The notes: a model not told the origin generated them from the letters alone. Positions 41,466 to 52,840 are shown, counted from the first letter of the whole stretch. The stretch is 63,471 nucleotides of DNA, filler included, from Anaerolineae bacterium (GCA_029262755.1; 5 parts of 5 records of this genome joined end to end with filler, not necessarily neighbours in it); one strand, 5' to 3'. Numbers and translations are program-made.

Positions 41466-42182
41466 ATGGGTGTATTGAACAACGGAGCTCGACTGACGTG
41501 GCTCGGTCACGCGACGTGGCTATTGGAGTCCCCATTGGGCTCGCGAGCGTTGATCGATCCCTGGACCGACGGCAATCCGAGTTGTCCGCCCGCGTTCCAC
41601 GGCGCGGGCATCGGCGCCCTCGATGCGATCCTGGTCACGCACGCCCACGGCGATCACATCGGCGATCTGGCAGCCATCGAGGCCCGCACCGGGGCGGTTG
41701 TTGGCGGTATTTTCGATCTGACGACCTGGTTGGAGCAGCAAGGCGTGACGCACACCGTGGGCGCCAACAAGGGCGGAACGTTCGCGATCGCAGATCTGCG
41801 TGTCACGCTCGTGCACGCCGTCCACTCGTCGACGTTCGATGTGGACGGTACGCGCCTGGACCTTGGGGATGCCTGCGGGCTCGTCATCGAACTGTCCGAC
41901 GGCACGCGGATCTACAACGCGGGTGACACGGCCGTGTTCGGCGATATGGCGTTGATCGCGGAGTTGTATGCGCCGGACCTTTGTATCCTACCGGTCGGAG
42001 ATCACTTCACCATGGGACCGCGCGAGGCCGCGAAGGCGGTCGAGTTACTCGGCGCAACGCAGGTGCTCTGCCAGCACTACGGGACGTTCCCGCTGCTAAC
42101 CGGTACGCCGGCGGCTCTACGCGCTTTGGTGCCCGACCATGTGACGATCCACGAACTGCAACCAGGCGAATCGCTCGACTAG
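41466..42182 (+). CDS. Metal-dependent hydrolase, MBL fold (UPF0173/YtkL-like)
   Basis: TWLGHA, THAHGDHIGD, AVHSS, AGDT, LPVGDHFTMGP, HYGTFP. Confidence 0.92.
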   Translation: MGVLNNGARLTWLGHATWLLESPLGSRALIDPWTDGNPSCPPAFHGAGIGALDAILVTHAHGDHIGDLAAIEARTGAVVGGIFDLTTWLEQQGVTHTVGANKGGTFAIADLRVTLVHAVHSSTFDVDGTRLDLGDACGLVIELSDGTRIYNAGDTAVFGDMALIAELYAPDLCILPVGDHFTMGPREAAKAVELLGATQVLCQHYGTFPLLTGTPAALRALVPDHVTIHELQPGESLD

Positions 42183-42216
42183 ATGGGGCTCAGGCCGAAT
42201 TCGCAAAAAGGTCGGC

Positions 42217-44112
42217 CTACCGAACCGCGAGCGGCAAGAACACGCGCGGGATCTCATCGAGGATGACCAGCTCGTAGGTCAGGCAGTAGCAACCGCTCGG
42301 GGAGTACGGCTCGCAGTCACGCTCGTTGTCGCGGTTGATGTTGAGATTGTTGACCGGACAAGCACGCAGCACCGTTCGGTGCTGATCACCGGCGGCCAAA
42401 CTTCCCGGCAACGCCTCGAAATTGATCGCAAGCTGCAGTTCCGAAGGCTGACCCGGCTGCTGCGCCAGCTGTTGATCGCTGATCCACGGCACGTCCTGAC
42501 GAATCTCCCACGTGCGATCGTTTAGCTTGTGGTTGGCGATGCGCATCGTGGCGGCCTTGTCATCACGCTTCACGTAGTGACGCAAGGTGCTCACTGGGAG
42601 ATCGATACGCCACGCCATGGTCTCGACGGCTCGCTCGAGGTTCGCGACCCCGCATCCGAGAAGGTCGTTTCGCTGGGGGGCGCCGATGAACGGACCTCCG
42701 CGCGAGCGGGACGCTGTGTTGCACAGCTGAGACTCGACCTGGAGGGGGCTCATCGAAGGGTTCGCCGACCAGAGTAAGGCCGCAGCGCCGGCGATATGGG
42801 CCGCCGCGAAATCACTGGGTTGGGGATGCAATGGCCCCACCGACTGCATATCGGAGTAATTCTCCGAGTTGACCGTCGTCCAAAGGGTCTCGCCCGGGGC
42901 GGCGATATCGACCCAACTGCCGGTACTCGCATCCACTCGCGATGCGTACTCCGGACTGATGGAGGCCACCGCCACGACGCGATCGAGCGCGCCCGGTAGC
43001 AACGCCGGGTTGGCGCCGTAATCCTCTTCCGAGGGACACACGCCGCGGTTGCGATCGTGCAACTGTCCACACTCGCCGGTCGGGGCGACGACAAACACGC
43101 CCTGTTGGGCTGCGTGTTGGACGGCCGCTCGCAGGCTGCCGATGGAACCGAACCACTGCTCTTCGAAATTTGGGTCGCGCAGGATCAGACCACCCATCAG
43201 GATGATCCGCGCCCCGTTGTTCGTCGCGTAGCAGATCGATTCGACCAAGTTGCGGGTATAGCTCGCAGGCACTACGCGTTCGTTGCCCTCTGCGTCCGAC
43301 AACGTATAGGGGAACATCGCCTGAAGAGGCATGATACGCGCGCCCCACGAGACACCCGCAATGCCGTACTTGTTATTCGTCTCAGCCGCGGCGATGCCGG
43401 CCATCATGGTGCCGCGGTTGCCGGTGCTCACGGTACGCCGTGGCCCCATGGAGATCGGCGATGGGTCGTTGTCGAAGCTGCCGAAGTCCCAGCCGTAGAT
43501 GTCGTCGACGTAGCCGTTTCGGTCGTCGTCGATGCCGTTGGCCGGAATCTCGTTGAGATTGCGCCAAATCTTGCTGGCCAGATCACGATGTTGCAGGTCC
43601 ACGCCATCGCTGATGACCGCGATCGTGACGTCCGAAGAGCCGAACGTAATCTGCCATGCTTCATGTGCGCTGAGGATGGCGCGCAGGTTTTCGGTCTGTC
43701 CGGTCCGAAAGAACGTGTCGTTCGGACGGGTTGCAAGCTGGTTCAGTTCATCCACGCCCGCGAGTTCCGCACCGTCAACCGTCGCGGAGCCACGCTCGAC
43801 CGCGCTCGCCATCTGCGCGCTGAACGCCGCTGCTCCATACTCGTCGTGAATATCTGGCACGCCGAACACCCGCGGGACCGCGGCCGGGAAGCGCATCGCG
43901 GCATCCACCGAGGAAGAGGAGCCATTGTCGAAGGTGGGAACGCGCAGTGCGGGCTGTAACCGGCCGAGCCATTCCGCGCCGCATACGCCGTTGCGACCGC
44001 CTGCTTGCGCGTGCACGGATGCGGGTTCGGTCATGGGGGGCTGCAAGCCGATCCCCGTAAGGATCAGCGCGGCAACGAGCCAGCGGGTGGATGTGATTCC
44101 GGGGTTGGGCAT
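42217..44112 (-). CDS. Secreted S8 subtilase homologue with substituted catalytic residues; C-terminal FLP motif
   Basis: Signal peptide, NGIDDDRNGYVDDIYGWDF, GIAGVSWGARIMPL, VDIAAPG; ends RVFLPLAVR. Confidence 0.85.
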   Translation of the reverse strand: MPNPGITSTRWLVAALILTGIGLQPPMTEPASVHAQAGGRNGVCGAEWLGRLQPALRVPTFDNGSSSSVDAAMRFPAAVPRVFGVPDIHDEYGAAAFSAQMASAVERGSATVDGAELAGVDELNQLATRPNDTFFRTGQTENLRAILSAHEAWQITFGSSDVTIAVISDGVDLQHRDLASKIWRNLNEIPANGIDDDRNGYVDDIYGWDFGSFDNDPSPISMGPRRTVSTGNRGTMMAGIAAAETNNKYGIAGVSWGARIMPLQAMFPYTLSDAEGNERVVPASYTRNLVESICYATNNGARIILMGGLILRDPNFEEQWFGSIGSLRAAVQHAAQQGVFVVAPTGECGQLHDRNRGVCPSEEDYGANPALLPGALDRVVAVASISPEYASRVDASTGSWVDIAAPGETLWTTVNSENYSDMQSVGPLHPQPSDFAAAHIAGAAALLWSANPSMSPLQVESQLCNTASRSRGGPFIGAPQRNDLLGCGVANLERAVETMAWRIDLPVSTLRHYVKRDDKAATMRIANHKLNDRTWEIRQDVPWISDQQLAQQPGQPSELQLAINFEALPGSLAAGDQHRTVLRACPVNNLNINRDNERDCEPYSPSGCYCLTYELVILDEIPRVFLPLAVR

Positions 44113-44267
44113 TGCCGTCCATCCTCCATCAGTCGCGAAATCGGCAAGATCCGACCGCCGACCGACATGTCGCAATGGGCACCCCCCGGCACCCATCGCT
44201 CGTGCATCCCTCTCCCCCGTTCTGAGACGTCCTTCAGCGGCTTAGGATACGGGCAAACACGCCCGAG

Positions 44268-45416
44268 TCAATGGCGCGAAACCGCCGCGACCGGAGGATA
44301 GTGGGCGTCCACGACGGAACGCCAGGCCTCAGCCGACCGAACGCGGGACAGCCCGTGCCTGACCGACGCGCAGTCCGGGTGGTGGACCGCGAAGCGCACG
44401 CCGAACTTGCGCATGGTCAGGCTGGCCTTCTGCTCGCCGTGCACGCCTTGGGCGAGCTCGAAGTGGCGGAGCAGAACCTCGCGCTGTTCCGCGATCGTCG
44501 GCCGGGCGATCGGTCGACCGGCCAAGAGAGTTCGTGCTTGGTGAAAAAACCACGGAATCCCGATGCAGCCGCGCGCGACGCTGACCGCCGCGACACGTGT
44601 TTCGGCGAGCATGCGAAATCCGTCGTGTACGCTCCATACATCCCCGGAACCCAGGATCAAGTGATTCGGATACGCGGTGCTGAGATCCGCCAAGAACGAC
44701 CACCGGCTCGGACCGACGTAGCCCTGATCGACCGTGCGGGCATGCACCGTGGCCCATGCGTAGCCCAGCCCATAGGCGGCATCGAATACCTGCTCGAAGC
44801 GATCGCGAGCCGCGGTGGAATCGTCGGTGCCACGACGCAGCTTCACGGTCGTGGCGATTTGCGGTGGGACCACCTCGCGCACCGCGGCCAGAATCTCGAT
44901 GGCGCCGACCGGGTCGGCAAGCCAATGACCGCCTCGGCGTTTTCCCTTGACCTTCTTCACCGGACACGCGAAGTTCACGTCCAGCGCTTGCATCGCGCCC
45001 GGCGCCGGCCCATCCGGCGCCGTGAGCACCACGAGTCGCTCCGCCGCGGCGGCCATCGTCTCCGGCGCCGCGCCGATCAACTGTACGGCCAGCGGTCGAT
45101 CCGCAGGCATGCCGGGTTGACCGTAGGCGGGAAAGAGGCCCTCCACATGGCAGTCGTAGCTACCCTCCGCTACGTAGCGATCCAGCAGCGCCTCGGTAAC
45201 CGCGAACGGACAGCCCAGTTCTCGGGCGACGCTGCGCATCGCGGCATCAGAGAAGCCCGCGAGACCCGCCTGCTGAAACGGGGCGTCGAATCCGGGAACA
45301 TGGGCAGCCAGGCGTGGATCGACCACATACGACGCCGCGAAGGCCGCGACGTCCAACTCTTTCAGGTCGGTGCTAGCGGCAGCCGCTTCATGGTGTCGTT
45401 CGAGGGGTACGCTCAT
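44268..45416 (-). CDS. tRNA-dihydrouridine synthase family protein
   Basis: AGLAGFSD, VQLIG, DVNFACPVKKV, TVKLRRG, TVHART, GSGDV, VARGCIGIPW. Confidence 0.9.
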   Translation of the reverse strand: MSVPLERHHEAAAASTDLKELDVAAFAASYVVDPRLAAHVPGFDAPFQQAGLAGFSDAAMRSVARELGCPFAVTEALLDRYVAEGSYDCHVEGLFPAYGQPGMPADRPLAVQLIGAAPETMAAAAERLVVLTAPDGPAPGAMQALDVNFACPVKKVKGKRRGGHWLADPVGAIEILAAVREVVPPQIATTVKLRRGTDDSTAARDRFEQVFDAAYGLGYAWATVHARTVDQGYVGPSRWSFLADLSTAYPNHLILGSGDVWSVHDGFRMLAETRVAAVSVARGCIGIPWFFHQARTLLAGRPIARPTIAEQREVLLRHFELAQGVHGEQKASLTMRKFGVRFAVHHPDCASVRHGLSRVRSAEAWRSVVDAHYPPVAAVSRH

Positions 45417-45631
45417 GCCCGGTATGATACGCGCGCGACCGCCGGCGCCCATACCGAATATCGACAAGTCGATAGGCCGCCGCCTGCTCATACCAACGGA
45501 CTTGGACCGCGCACATGTGCTCAACAATGCCCGAACCACCCGGCGCATCCCCCGTGCGCGCCGTGCGCGCTGCCACGCACGGCAACCCTTCGGTGGGCGA
45601 GCCGGTGATCACGCGGAAACCAGAGGACCCC

Positions 45632-46768
45632 GTGATCCCTCGCACGCACGAAACCGGTAGCGCCCCCAACCAAGCCGACAGTGTCGAAGTCATCATCGTC
45701 GGCGCGGGCCCGCTGGGCATCGAGCTGAGCGTCGCGCTGACCCAAGCGGGGGTCTCGCACGTTCTGTTCGACGCAGGCCAGCTGGGCAACTCCATCACCA
45801 CCTGGCCGCGCGAGACGCCGTTTTTCAGCACGTCGGAGCGCGTCGCGATCAGCGGCGTGCCGATCCAGAACACCCACCAGGGGCGGATCACGGGCGAAGA
45901 CTATCTGGCCTATCTCCGGGCCGTGGTCGAACAATTCGACCTAGCGCCGCGGTTGCACGAACCTGTGGTGCAGATCGATCGCGATGAAGTGGGCTTTGCG
46001 ATCACCACGCATCCCGTGACGGGTGGTTCGCTGCGGACGACTTGTCGCTCGTTGGTGCTGGCCTGCGGCAACATGGACAGACCGCATCGCGTGGACGTTC
46101 CCGGCGAGGACTTACCGCACGTCAGCCACTACTTCACCGATCCGCATCGCTACTTCCAACAGCGGGTGTTGATCGTGGGCGGGAAGAATTCAGCGGTGGA
46201 GGCGGCGCTGCGCTGCTGGCGCGCCGGCGCACGCGTCACGTTGAGCTATCGCAGAGACACCTTTCACCAGCGGCGGGTCAAGGCCCATCTGCTGCCCGAC
46301 CTGGAGACGCAGGTGAAGCTCGGTACGATCGGCTACCTGCCGCGCACGGTACCCGTGTCCATCGAAGCGGGACAGGTGACGCTCGTGGGCACGGAGGAGG
46401 ACGGGATGCCGTCCGTAGCCGCCGGTGACCCGAGCGAGCATCGGCTCGTACACCCCACCGACTTCGTGCTGTTGTGCACGGGCTTTGAAGCGGACATGGG
46501 ACTATTCGAGCAAGCCGGCGTCACGCTAGAAGGCCCGAATCGCGTGCCCGTCTTCGATCCGGAGACCATGGAGACCGATGCGCCGGGGGTCTTCGTCTGC
46601 GGCACGGCTGCGGCCGGCACACAGAGCCGCTATACCCTCTTCATCGAGAATACGCACGTTCACGTCGGGCGTATCGTCCGCCACCTGACCGGCGCGTGGC
46701 CCGAGCGCCTCGGCACGATCGCCGCGCGCGACTACGAGCCGCCGTTCTCGCACATCGAAGCGAATTAG
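45632..46768 (+). CDS. FAD/NAD(P)-dependent oxidoreductase, YpdA (bacillithiol disulfide reductase)-like
   Basis: [47 protein letters not shown]. Confidence 0.85.
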   Translation: MIPRTHETGSAPNQADSVEVIIVGAGPLGIELSVALTQAGVSHVLFDAGQLGNSITTWPRETPFFSTSERVAISGVPIQNTHQGRITGEDYLAYLRAVVEQFDLAPRLHEPVVQIDRDEVGFAITTHPVTGGSLRTTCRSLVLACGNMDRPHRVDVPGEDLPHVSHYFTDPHRYFQQRVLIVGGKNSAVEAALRCWRAGARVTLSYRRDTFHQRRVKAHLLPDLETQVKLGTIGYLPRTVPVSIEAGQVTLVGTEEDGMPSVAAGDPSEHRLVHPTDFVLLCTGFEADMGLFEQAGVTLEGPNRVPVFDPETMETDAPGVFVCGTAAAGTQSRYTLFIENTHVHVGRIVRHLTGAWPERLGTIAARDYEPPFSHIEAN

Positions 46769-46977
46769 GTCGGGTTGAGGTCGGGTTCCGAGGCATTGCG
46801 ACGCAGGGAGATCCGCATCTTCGATCGAGCAACCGTGCCGGAGTACCCGATGGCTGCGTTGGCCAAGCAGCGCCGCTCGTCCGAGGTGCGCCGATTCCTT
46901 GTCTCGTCGCAACGCGACCTTCGCCGCCGCGCTTCCCTGGTGGGCCATCGCCCGTCCTGCTATGCTCGCGCCGGGGA

Positions 46978-49900
46978 ATGACGATGCTCGAACTGCGACT
47001 ATTCGGCCCACTGCGTGTGGCCTGGCACGGCACACCGCTCGAACCGCCCACGCGGCGGCGCACCGCCATGCTCTTGGCCTTTCTGGCCATCCGCGACGGC
47101 GAGGTGGGACGCGAGCATGCAGCCTTCACGCTTTGGCCCGATATGGCCGAGTCCGAGGCACGGGCCGAACTGCGCCGCCATCTGTACTTTCTCGCTCGTT
47201 GGCTCGAGCAGGCAACGGGTCGCGGGGGCTGGCTGGCCCGCGGTCGTGCGCGTATCGCGTGGAATGCGGATCCCGAGTCGTGGGTCGATGTGCGCGCCTT
47301 TCGCGACGTGCACCTGTCGCTGGTCGCGGGTCGGCCAGGGGACGCGCCGCGCGACGCCGCGCAGCGCGAGGCGCTCACTCGCGCCGCCGCACTCTACGAG
47401 GACGACCTGCTGCCGTCCGCCTATGATCGCTGGCTCCATCCGGTACGCGAGCGGCTTCGTCGGCAGCTGCTGGAAACGCTCGATACGCTCGCCACAGCGG
47501 AGGCCGCCGCCGGCGATCATGAGTCCGCGGCGCGCACGGCGCGGCGTCTGGTCGAACGCGATCCGCTGCGCGAAGAGAGCCATCGTCAACTGATCCGCTA
47601 TCTGGCCGCGTCGGGCGATCGAGCCTCGGCGCTCGCCCAATATGAGCGCTGCCGCCGCACCCTGCACGCCGAGTTGGACGTCCAGCCCGCGCCCGAGACC
47701 GAGGCCCTGGCGCGCGGCTTGAAGACGGCAGCGAACGAGGGCGCGGGCGCGGGCGCAGGCGTTTCGGCGGACGGGTCTCCGGCGCCCCATGGGCGTGTTG
47801 CGGAACCCAGTTCGCCGCAGGGTTCGCCGCAGGGGTCGTCGTCGCATGCACCGCGACAGCCTTGTCCTGCGGTGCCGGATCGCGTACCGCGTTGGACCAC
47901 GCGCTTCTTCGGACGCGAACAAGAACTCGCCGCGCTGCACGATCACCTCAGGAGCGAACGCCTCGTGTGCATCACGGGGCCCGGGGGCGTGGGCAAGACC
48001 CGCTTCGCCGCCGAGTTCGCACGTGCCGAGGCCGAAGTTCGGTCAGGCGGCGTCGCGTGGGTCGATCTGCTCGGAGCGCCTGGCTCGACGCCCATCTCGG
48101 ACGTGGTGTTGGGCAGCCTACGTGCGGAATCGGCCGGCATGCCGACCGGTTCTGCGGCCCTGAGCGCTGCGTTGGCGCAACGCGCGATGCTCATCGTGCT
48201 CGACAACGCAGAGCAGCAGATTTTCGATGTCGCCGCCTTCGCGGAGACGCTGCTCGAGACGGTGCCGGACGTTCGCTTGTTGGTTACGAGCCGCGAACCG
48301 CTCCGCTGTGCCTCGGAATCCGTGTGGGCTCTCGACCCGCTGACCGGCCCCACGGTTGGCACGGAGGACCGTCACGAGCCGAGTCCGGACAGCGCCGCCG
48401 TCGCGCTCTTCGTCGATCGCGCGGGACGCAGGGCGCGCGATTGGGATCGCCAGGGCGTGGATCGCCGGCTCGTTGCAACGGTATGCGCACGCCTCGATGG
48501 GTTGCCGCTCGCGATCGAGATGGCCGCGGCGCGCGTGGATAGCCTTAGCGTCGCAACGATGGCCGCCCGGCTCGGAGACGACCTAGAGCTGTTTGGGCAG
48601 GGCTTGCGCACGGCGCCCTCGCGCCAACGCACGTTGCGCGCGACCTATCGTTGGAGTGAGGGCTTGCTGACCCCGGCTGCATCCGCTCTCCTGCAGCGTT
48701 TGGCGCCGTTCGTCGGGTCCTTCGACCTGGCGGCCGCGGAGGCCGTGGGCGCTGGCCTTGACGAGGATAGTGACGGAGACCGCGCGGTTGCGGGCAACGC
48801 GATCATCGTGGAAGCGCTCACGCAGTTGGTCGACGCCTCGCTTGTGCAGCCGGCACGCGACACAGACGCTCCCCGCTACCGAATCCTGGAGACCATCCGC
48901 CCCTTCGCACGCGAACAGGCGATCGCCGCCGGCACGTGGCCGGCCGCGGCGGACGCGCACGCCCGCTACGTCCTGCACACCGTTGAGACTTCCGCACCCC
49001 TCCTCGACGGCCCGGACTACCGGTCGGCCGTACGATGCGTGGATCGCCTCTCCGCGGACCTACGGCGCGCCGCAGACCACCTGCTAGCGAGCGGGCAGCA
49101 CGAGCAGGCCCTGCGCCTGGCGGCCGGATCGTGGCGCTTCTGGAATCTTCGCATGGCCTTCGGCGACGAGCGCGACTGGCTGGAGCGGCTCGTTGCCGCA
49201 ACCCCGGATGCCGATCCCGCGCTTCGTGCGCCGGCCCTGCTGGGAGCGGGCGTACTGGCATACGGCGCCGGTCAGCTTGCGGAGGCTGACGACCTCATCG
49301 TGGACGCTCTCGAGCAATTCGAGCAGCTTCCGGATCCCGAACCGGCCACGACGGCACGCGCCCACCTGGCCCTCGTGCGTCATCGCCGCGGGGACGATGT
49401 TTCTGCGGCGGCCCTGTGCGAACTGAGCCTCTCCCGCCATGACGAACGGGGCGCTCGCGGGGAAGCAGCGGAGGTTCTGACCATTCTGGGCGGAATCGCG
49501 CTCCGTGCCGGGGACCTACCGAGCGCTCGCACCTACTTTGAACGCAGCCTGGCAAGCCAGCGGCATCTGCGCTGGCAGCACCACGGTCTACGCAACGCGC
49601 TGCGCGGACTCGGCGCTGTCGCACTGGGCGAGGGTCGGCCGGAGGAAGCGGGTCGTTGCTTTGAGGAGGGCCTAGAGCTCAGCCGAGAGCTAGGCGACCG
49701 CGGCGGCGAAGCAGTCTGGCTCAACGAATTGGGCTGTATTCACATGGATCGAGGCCGGCTCGACGAGGCGCAGAGCCGCTTCCGGGACGCGCTCGGCATC
49801 TATCAGGCGCAGGGCGATGGACTGCGCCAAGCCATCATCCTCCACAATCTCGGTGAGGTATCCCTGCTGCGCGGGGCCCACGGGATCGCACGACTCGCCT

Positions 49901-50481
49901 TCGAGCGCAGCCTCCAAAGCGCCGGACGAAAACCGGATGATCCGCGTCGGGTCGAGAGCCTAATCTACCTGGTCGTCGCATGCGCCATGCAGGGCGATCT
50001 CCGACGCGCGGAGGAGCTGCAGGCGGAGGCGATCGAGCTGGCGCGTCGCACGGACGATGCCGGGCTGCGGGCGTTCGCGGCGCGCGCGGCCGCGCTCAGC
50101 GCACACCGAGCGGAGGCGTCCGGGCCCAGCGCCGAGATCGCGGATCGACGGACCGCAGTGGCTTGCGAGGCGGCGCGGGCAGCCGGTGGCGATTCCGTCG
50201 GACCGGCGTTGGAACTCGCGCTGTGGCGCAGCGTGGAGCGCGGTGACCATACGACGGCCTCGCAGGTGGCCGCCGCCTGGCGCGCGTTGAACAGCGATGC
50301 TCCACGCTACCCCGAGGATGTCGCGCAAACCGAGGACGGACTGCGTTGGGCCGAAGGTGGCTCGGAAGGCCCGTTGCCGCCGTTTGACAGCGATCCGACG
50401 GCGGCGCTTACCCGTGCCGCCCTTTCGCTGCGATCGAAGGATGAACCCATGGCGAACGACGACCGCGGCGAAGACGGATGA
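46978..50481 (+). CDS. SARP/BTAD transcriptional regulator with NB-ARC-like ATPase and TPR repeats (AfsR-like)
   Basis: LRLFGPL wHTH, DPLREESHRQL BTAD, GPGGVGKT, LDNAE, TSREPL, LDGLPLAIEMAA, C-terminal TPRs. Confidence 0.93.
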   Translation: MTMLELRLFGPLRVAWHGTPLEPPTRRRTAMLLAFLAIRDGEVGREHAAFTLWPDMAESEARAELRRHLYFLARWLEQATGRGGWLARGRARIAWNADPESWVDVRAFRDVHLSLVAGRPGDAPRDAAQREALTRAAALYEDDLLPSAYDRWLHPVRERLRRQLLETLDTLATAEAAAGDHESAARTARRLVERDPLREESHRQLIRYLAASGDRASALAQYERCRRTLHAELDVQPAPETEALARGLKTAANEGAGAGAGVSADGSPAPHGRVAEPSSPQGSPQGSSSHAPRQPCPAVPDRVPRWTTRFFGREQELAALHDHLRSERLVCITGPGGVGKTRFAAEFARAEAEVRSGGVAWVDLLGAPGSTPISDVVLGSLRAESAGMPTGSAALSAALAQRAMLIVLDNAEQQIFDVAAFAETLLETVPDVRLLVTSREPLRCASESVWALDPLTGPTVGTEDRHEPSPDSAAVALFVDRAGRRARDWDRQGVDRRLVATVCARLDGLPLAIEMAAARVDSLSVATMAARLGDDLELFGQGLRTAPSRQRTLRATYRWSEGLLTPAASALLQRLAPFVGSFDLAAAEAVGAGLDEDSDGDRAVAGNAIIVEALTQLVDASLVQPARDTDAPRYRILETIRPFAREQAIAAGTWPAAADAHARYVLHTVETSAPLLDGPDYRSAVRCVDRLSADLRRAADHLLASGQHEQALRLAAGSWRFWNLRMAFGDERDWLERLVAATPDADPALRAPALLGAGVLAYGAGQLAEADDLIVDALEQFEQLPDPEPATTARAHLALVRHRRGDDVSAAALCELSLSRHDERGARGEAAEVLTILGGIALRAGDLPSARTYFERSLASQRHLRWQHHGLRNALRGLGAVALGEGRPEEAGRCFEEGLELSRELGDRGGEAVWLNELGCIHMDRGRLDEAQSRFRDALGIYQAQGDGLRQAIILHNLGEVSLLRGAHGIARLAFERSLQSAGRKPDDPRRVESLIYLVVACAMQGDLRRAEELQAEAIELARRTDDAGLRAFAARAAALSAHRAEASGPSAEIADRRTAVACEAARAAGGDSVGPALELALWRSVERGDHTTASQVAAAWRALNSDAPRYPEDVAQTEDGLRWAEGGSEGPLPPFDSDPTAALTRAALSLRSKDEPMANDDRGEDG

Positions 50482-51914
50482 CCGGCTGCCACCCCGAGCG
50501 CGTCCTGGCGCTCAACGACGTACCCGTCGAGTCCGGCCCGGTGCTCCTCTGGCTGGGGCGCGACATTCGGATCGACGACAATCCCGCGCTCGCCCACGCG
50601 CTCGCGATGGCTTCGGAGCGCGGCGAGCCCCTCGCCGTGTGCTTCACCCTCGTCGACGGCTACCAGAACGCCACGCTGCGCGCCTACGACGCGGTGCTGC
50701 GCGGCCTCGAGGCGCTGGAACGCGATCTGGCCGCGCTGCGGGTGCCCTTGCTCGTGTTGCATCATCCGGATCCCCCGATCGCGGTGGCCGCCATGGCACG
50801 GGAGGCGGGCGTTGGGCTCGTCGTCACGGACTTCAGCCCGTTGCGCATGCAGCAACAATGGCGACGCGTGCTTGCCGAGCAAGGCGGCATCGCCGTCCAC
50901 ACGGTGGACGCCCACAACATCGTCCCGTGCTGGGTGGCGTCCGACAAGCACGATTTCGCGGCACGCACGTTTCGCCCGAAGGTGCTGCGCCGGCTCGAAT
51001 CGTTTCTCACCCCGCTGCCACCGCCGAAGGCGCTCGACGCGCCGCCGTGGCCAGAGCCGATACCGTCCGTCGACTGGCGCGCGCTGGCACGGGACCTTGT
51101 CTGCGATCGCGACGTGACTCCGGTCCCGGACTTCAGGCCCGGCACGGCGGCCGGTCGCGCGGCGTCGGAGCACTTTGCGGGCGACGGGTTGCACCGCTAC
51201 GACGCCCGTCGCAACGACCCGCTTGCAGACGGTCAATCCGGGTTGTCGCCCTGGCTGCACTACGGTCACGTCTCCGCGCGGCGCGTCGCGTTCGACGTGC
51301 GCGCATCCGATGCGCCGACACAAGACAAGGACGCTTTTCTCGAGCAGCTCATCGTGCGCAAAGAGCTATCGGACAACTTCTGCTACTACAATCCGGACTA
51401 TGATCGCTTCGCCGGCTTTCACCGGTGGGCCCGCACCACCTTGGACGAACATCGCGCCGATCCTCGCAGTCCGTGTTACGATCGCGCGGTCCTGGATGCG
51501 GGCACAACCCACGACCCGCTCTGGAACGCCGCGCAGTGGAAGATGCGTTCCTCGGGTCTCATGCACGGCTACCTGCGCATGTACTGGGCCAAGAAGATCC
51601 TGCAGTGGACCGCTTCGCCCGAGGAGGCACTGGCCATCGGCATCGCGCTGAATGACCGATACAGCTTGGACGGTCGTGATCCGAACGGCTACGTAGGCGT
51701 CGCTTGGAGCGTCGGCGGTGTCCACGACCGCGCATGGCAGGAGCGCCCGATCTTCGGCAAGGTCCGCTATATGAGCTACGCAGGCTGTCGCCGCAAATTC
51801 GATGTCGACGCCTACGTGGCGCGCTGGACTCCGTCCGACGATTCCGGCGCTGTTCCCGGTGACCACGCGCCCGGCCCGGTCGAGGTCTCCAACGCGGACG
51901 CGGGCGCGACGTGA
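50478..51914 (+). CDS. phr: Class II CPD deoxyribodipyrimidine photolyase
   Basis: SGLSPWLHYGHVS, EQLIVRKELSDNF, MHGYLRMYWAKKILQW, DGRDPNGY, GKVRYM. Confidence 0.95.
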   Translation: MTGCHPERVLALNDVPVESGPVLLWLGRDIRIDDNPALAHALAMASERGEPLAVCFTLVDGYQNATLRAYDAVLRGLEALERDLAALRVPLLVLHHPDPPIAVAAMAREAGVGLVVTDFSPLRMQQQWRRVLAEQGGIAVHTVDAHNIVPCWVASDKHDFAARTFRPKVLRRLESFLTPLPPPKALDAPPWPEPIPSVDWRALARDLVCDRDVTPVPDFRPGTAAGRAASEHFAGDGLHRYDARRNDPLADGQSGLSPWLHYGHVSARRVAFDVRASDAPTQDKDAFLEQLIVRKELSDNFCYYNPDYDRFAGFHRWARTTLDEHRADPRSPCYDRAVLDAGTTHDPLWNAAQWKMRSSGLMHGYLRMYWAKKILQWTASPEEALAIGIALNDRYSLDGRDPNGYVGVAWSVGGVHDRAWQERPIFGKVRYMSYAGCRRKFDVDAYVARWTPSDDSGAVPGDHAPGPVEVSNADAGAT

Positions 51915-52840
51915 TTGCCAGCCTGCTCCGCCTTCCCCGACGCGTGTGGCGGACCGGCAAGGTCTTCCATCGTCGTCACGGAACCTCCTTCGCCGCCGCG
52001 TTGGCGTACCGCGCGTTGTTCTCCTTCGCGCCGCTGATCGTGATCGTGGTCGCGATCGCCGGCGTCGCCCTCGGCCAGGCGGCGGCGGAAGCGAGCGTGT
52101 TGGCCTACGTCGCGGATGCCTGGGGACCCGACGTCGCCGCGCTCGCGGGCGAGTTCGTTGCCGCACTGCGCCGCCCGGGCTATGGGGCGGCGGCTACGAC
52201 GGTGGCCGGTGTCATCGTGCTGTACGGCGCGTCGCGGCTCTTGGCCGAGTTTCGAAGGGCGCTCAACGGCCTGTGGTCCGTCGACGTCCCCGATCACCGG
52301 CGCGGTTTCGTGGGCTGGCTGGTCAACAACGGTCTTGCGATCGCCTTCGTCCTCGGTGGCGGTCTGCTGATGGGCGCATCGCTTGCCCTGAGCGCGCTGA
52401 TCGGTGCCTTGGCGCAAATGGTGCTGCCCTCCATGTTCGTCGACACCACCCATCAGCTCGCAACCGAAGCCGTCTTCTTTGCCGCGGCGCTCTTCTACTT
52501 CGCAATCATCTACCGACTGCTTCCCGCCCAGGCGCCGGCATGGCGCGACCTTTGGCAAGGGGCCGCTGTAACCGCCGTGCTCTTTACCGTCGGCAAGCTT
52601 GCCGTCGCGCTATATGTGCGAGCGGCGGGTATCGCGTCGGCCTACGGCGCGGCCGGCACCGTGGCGGCGCTCCTCGCATGGGTGCACTTCACTGCCGTTG
52701 CCGTGCTCTTCGGCGCCACACTGACCCACGTGCTCTCGGAGGAACGCAGCGCGGAGGCGGCAACGCGAAGGGGTGAGAATCCAGCCGACGATCGAGGTGC
52801 CGGTGGCAACCCGGATGCGTCCGCTACGGTGCGCTTGTGA
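51911..52840 (+). CDS. YihY/virulence factor BrkB family membrane protein
   Basis: AAALAYRALFSFAP, ALNGLW, SAYGAAGTVAALLAWV. Confidence 0.9.
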   Translation: MIASLLRLPRRVWRTGKVFHRRHGTSFAAALAYRALFSFAPLIVIVVAIAGVALGQAAAEASVLAYVADAWGPDVAALAGEFVAALRRPGYGAAATTVAGVIVLYGASRLLAEFRRALNGLWSVDVPDHRRGFVGWLVNNGLAIAFVLGGGLLMGASLALSALIGALAQMVLPSMFVDTTHQLATEAVFFAAALFYFAIIYRLLPAQAPAWRDLWQGAAVTAVLFTVGKLAVALYVRAAGIASAYGAAGTVAALLAWVHFTAVAVLFGATLTHVLSEERSAEAATRRGENPADDRGAGGNPDASATVRL

